10,952 nt of DNA from Octopus sinensis (lineage: Eukaryota). Positions 9,171-10,952 of the stretch are shown here, in pieces (positions within the stretch are counted from its first letter, which is position 1; every line of letters starts with the position of its first letter). The notes beneath the pieces are model-generated. The model saw only the letters and a program-made list of their open reading frames with translations. It did not search any database and had not been told where the DNA came from. The stretch spans positions 1 to 10,952 of the forward strand of contig NW_021827186.1 in assembly GCF_006345805.1 (NCBI RefSeq), written 5' to 3'. The translations under genes and the position numbers were made by a program.

Positions 9171-9469
9171 AAAGTGCGTAATTTTATAAATATAATTATA
9201 AAGTTATAATAAGGGCAGTTACAAGGTAATGCCACATTCTAGAAAAAGACATCAAATACCTCTAAACTACTTTATCTATCACACAGACACGTGCTGAAAG
9301 CGAGAGAATAAAGAAAAAGATTCTTTGAAAAAGTTTAGTCATATATCAATCAATTTCGAGTTTAGTGATGTAATACCACTTTACTATCATCAGTATGACA
9401 TAACCAAAAGTACATAATTATAAGCATTTATACATACCATACGAACACAATGTATCCACAGTGCATATA

Positions 9470-9741
9470 CAAAGGTTCACACTTATATACAAGGCAAAAA
9501 TTTAGTTCATTCATCTCATCCACGTGCGAATAACCAAACTGATTCAGCAGATTTGCCTTAACTGGTTTTTACAGACCAGCCACTTTGATAAAATCCTATA
9601 TAGATTTTATCCTTAATTTTAATTGATAAATATGAGTTCCCTTAAAGCAAAATTTATTCACTGTTGAATAATTTTGGTTATTCAAACGTGGCTGAGATGA
9701 ACGAACTAGATTTTTGACTTGTATATAAGTGAGAACATTTG
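9470..9741. mobile_element. Foldback MITE with long TIRs and TA TSD (probably Tc1/mariner superfamily)
   Basis: 9467-9538 and 9673-9744 are reverse complements at 64/72 positions without gaps, with TA at 9468-9469 and 9742-9743. A central palindrome GATAAAATC-ctatata-GATTTTATC lies at 9587-9611. Confidence 0.75.
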
Positions 9742-9797
9742 TATCAGGCTGAGTAAAACGTAAGCAAAGTTTTGAAACATGAAATACATCACAATAT

Positions 9798-10028
9798 TAC
9801 TCTCTTTACTCTATTTTACTCTTTTACTTGTTTCAGTCATTTGACTGCGGCCATGCTGGAGCACCGCCTTTAATCGAGCAACTCGACCCCGGGACTTATT
9901 CTTTTGTAAGCCCAGTACTTATTCTATCGGTCTCTTTAGCCGAAGCGCTAAGTAACGGGACATAAACACACCAACATCGGTTGTCAAGCAATGCTAGGGG
10001 GACAAACACAGACACACAAACACACACA

Positions 10029-10031
<3 letters not shown>
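9798..10031 (-). mobile_element. 3' half of the octopus-type SINE with (GAGTAAAA)n-like tail
   Basis: ttcagtcatttgactgcggccatgctggagcaccgcc..acttattctatcggtctc..ggggacaaacacagacac; homologous to the other copies. Confidence 0.9.
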
Positions 10032-10065
<34 letters not shown>

Positions 10066-10265
10066 CAAAACAATTAAGATTCAAATGAATTCAAATGAAT
10101 ATGGTACTTAACTTAGATGCACCAGAATTTAGCTGATGAATACTTGACATTATATTTGCTGTAATATTTGCAGCTTTAAATAAAATGTTCTTAGTATGAA
10201 ACAATTGTACTAAATTACTGATCCATTCTTGTTACTTTTTCTTGGTTATATATATATGCATATAT

Positions 10266-10430
10266 ACGGCGGACTTCTTTTCAGTTTCCGTCGACCAAAT
10301 CCACTCACATGGCTTTGGTCGGCCCGAGGCTATAGTAGAAGACACTTGCCCAAGGTGCCACGCAGTGGGACTGAACCCGGAACCATGTGGTTGGTAAGCA
10401 AGCTACTTACCACACAGCCACTCCTGCGCC
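10266..10430 (-). mobile_element. 5' half (tRNA head + CORE-like domain) of an octopus-type SINE
   Basis: Minus strand starts GGCGCAGGAG, with A-box TGGCTGTGTGG (10410-10420), B-box GGTTCAGTCCC (10367-10377) and the MIR/CORE-like motif CCTTGGGCAAGT (10344-10355). Confidence 0.85.
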
Positions 10431-10454
10431 TGTTTCAACAATGCAGTAATTTTG

Positions 10455-10952
10455 TTCATCAAATTAACGGCCATTACAATCACCACATGTTTGCCAACGA
10501 CTTACAGGTTTGTTTATCCCAGTAACATAAAAATCTGGAGTTCAGGAGCTGATGAACTCTTTGAACGCACTTTCAGATTCGGCTCGATTTTTTAAACTCC
10601 TTCGCTCGCAAGAAACCATGAATATGCTTGAAAAAGTGGTAGTCGGTAGGAGGAAGATCTGGGGAATAGGTTGGGCTGGGAAGAACTTCGTAGCCAGGTC
10701 CCCTCAACTTCTGGAGCGTCATTAGTGAAACGTGTAGTCGAGCATTGTCATGAATAAGAATTGGCCCTCTTCTGTTGACCAGTCTAGGACGAAGGAGTAA
10801 CAGTTTTTCTTTCATTTTAGCAATTTCATGCCAATAGGTTTCTACAGTAATGGTTTTCCCGGGTTTTAAGAAGTTATAGGGGACGAGTCCAGCAGTACAT
10901 CACTAAACAGTCACCGTAAACTTCTTTTTGAAGAGCTCGGGTTTAGGAAAGA
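10455..10952 (-). pseudogene. Mariner (D,D34D) transposase pseudogene, C-terminal half, truncated by the window edge; Hsmar1-like
   Basis: FPKPEL..TVTV**..FLKPGKTIT..GPILIHDNARLH..YSPDLPPTDYHFF, with 34 residues between the catalytic Asps. After a frameshift near 10588-10593 it reads AFKEFISS*TPDFYVTGINK..RWQTCGDCNGR*FD. Confidence 0.95.

Overview
AT-rich, eukaryotic, mostly non-coding DNA. The SINE family and microsatellite load look like an octopus (coleoid cephalopod) genome; this is inferred from memory of those repeats, not from a search. About a quarter of the window is simple sequence repeat, and nearly all ORFs in the supplied track are translations of it. The rest is decayed mobile DNA. 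It includes an R4/Dong-type RLE LINE fossil (2786-3450), a Tigger/pogo-like TIR shell (4061-4615) carrying a non-autonomous Helitron with an unusual terminal hairpin, and two palindromic MITE-like elements (1991-2124, 9470-9741). There are also five pieces of a tRNA/CORE-type SINE family in both orientations, a second tRNA-SINE, and a D34D mariner transposase pseudogene at the right edge. A 125-bp near-perfect direct duplication brackets the nested TE stack. No intact gene and no convincing novel protein-based system were found. The most interesting signals are structural: the duplication, the hairpin orientation, the foldback elements and a split SINE. Three candidate exons are low confidence.
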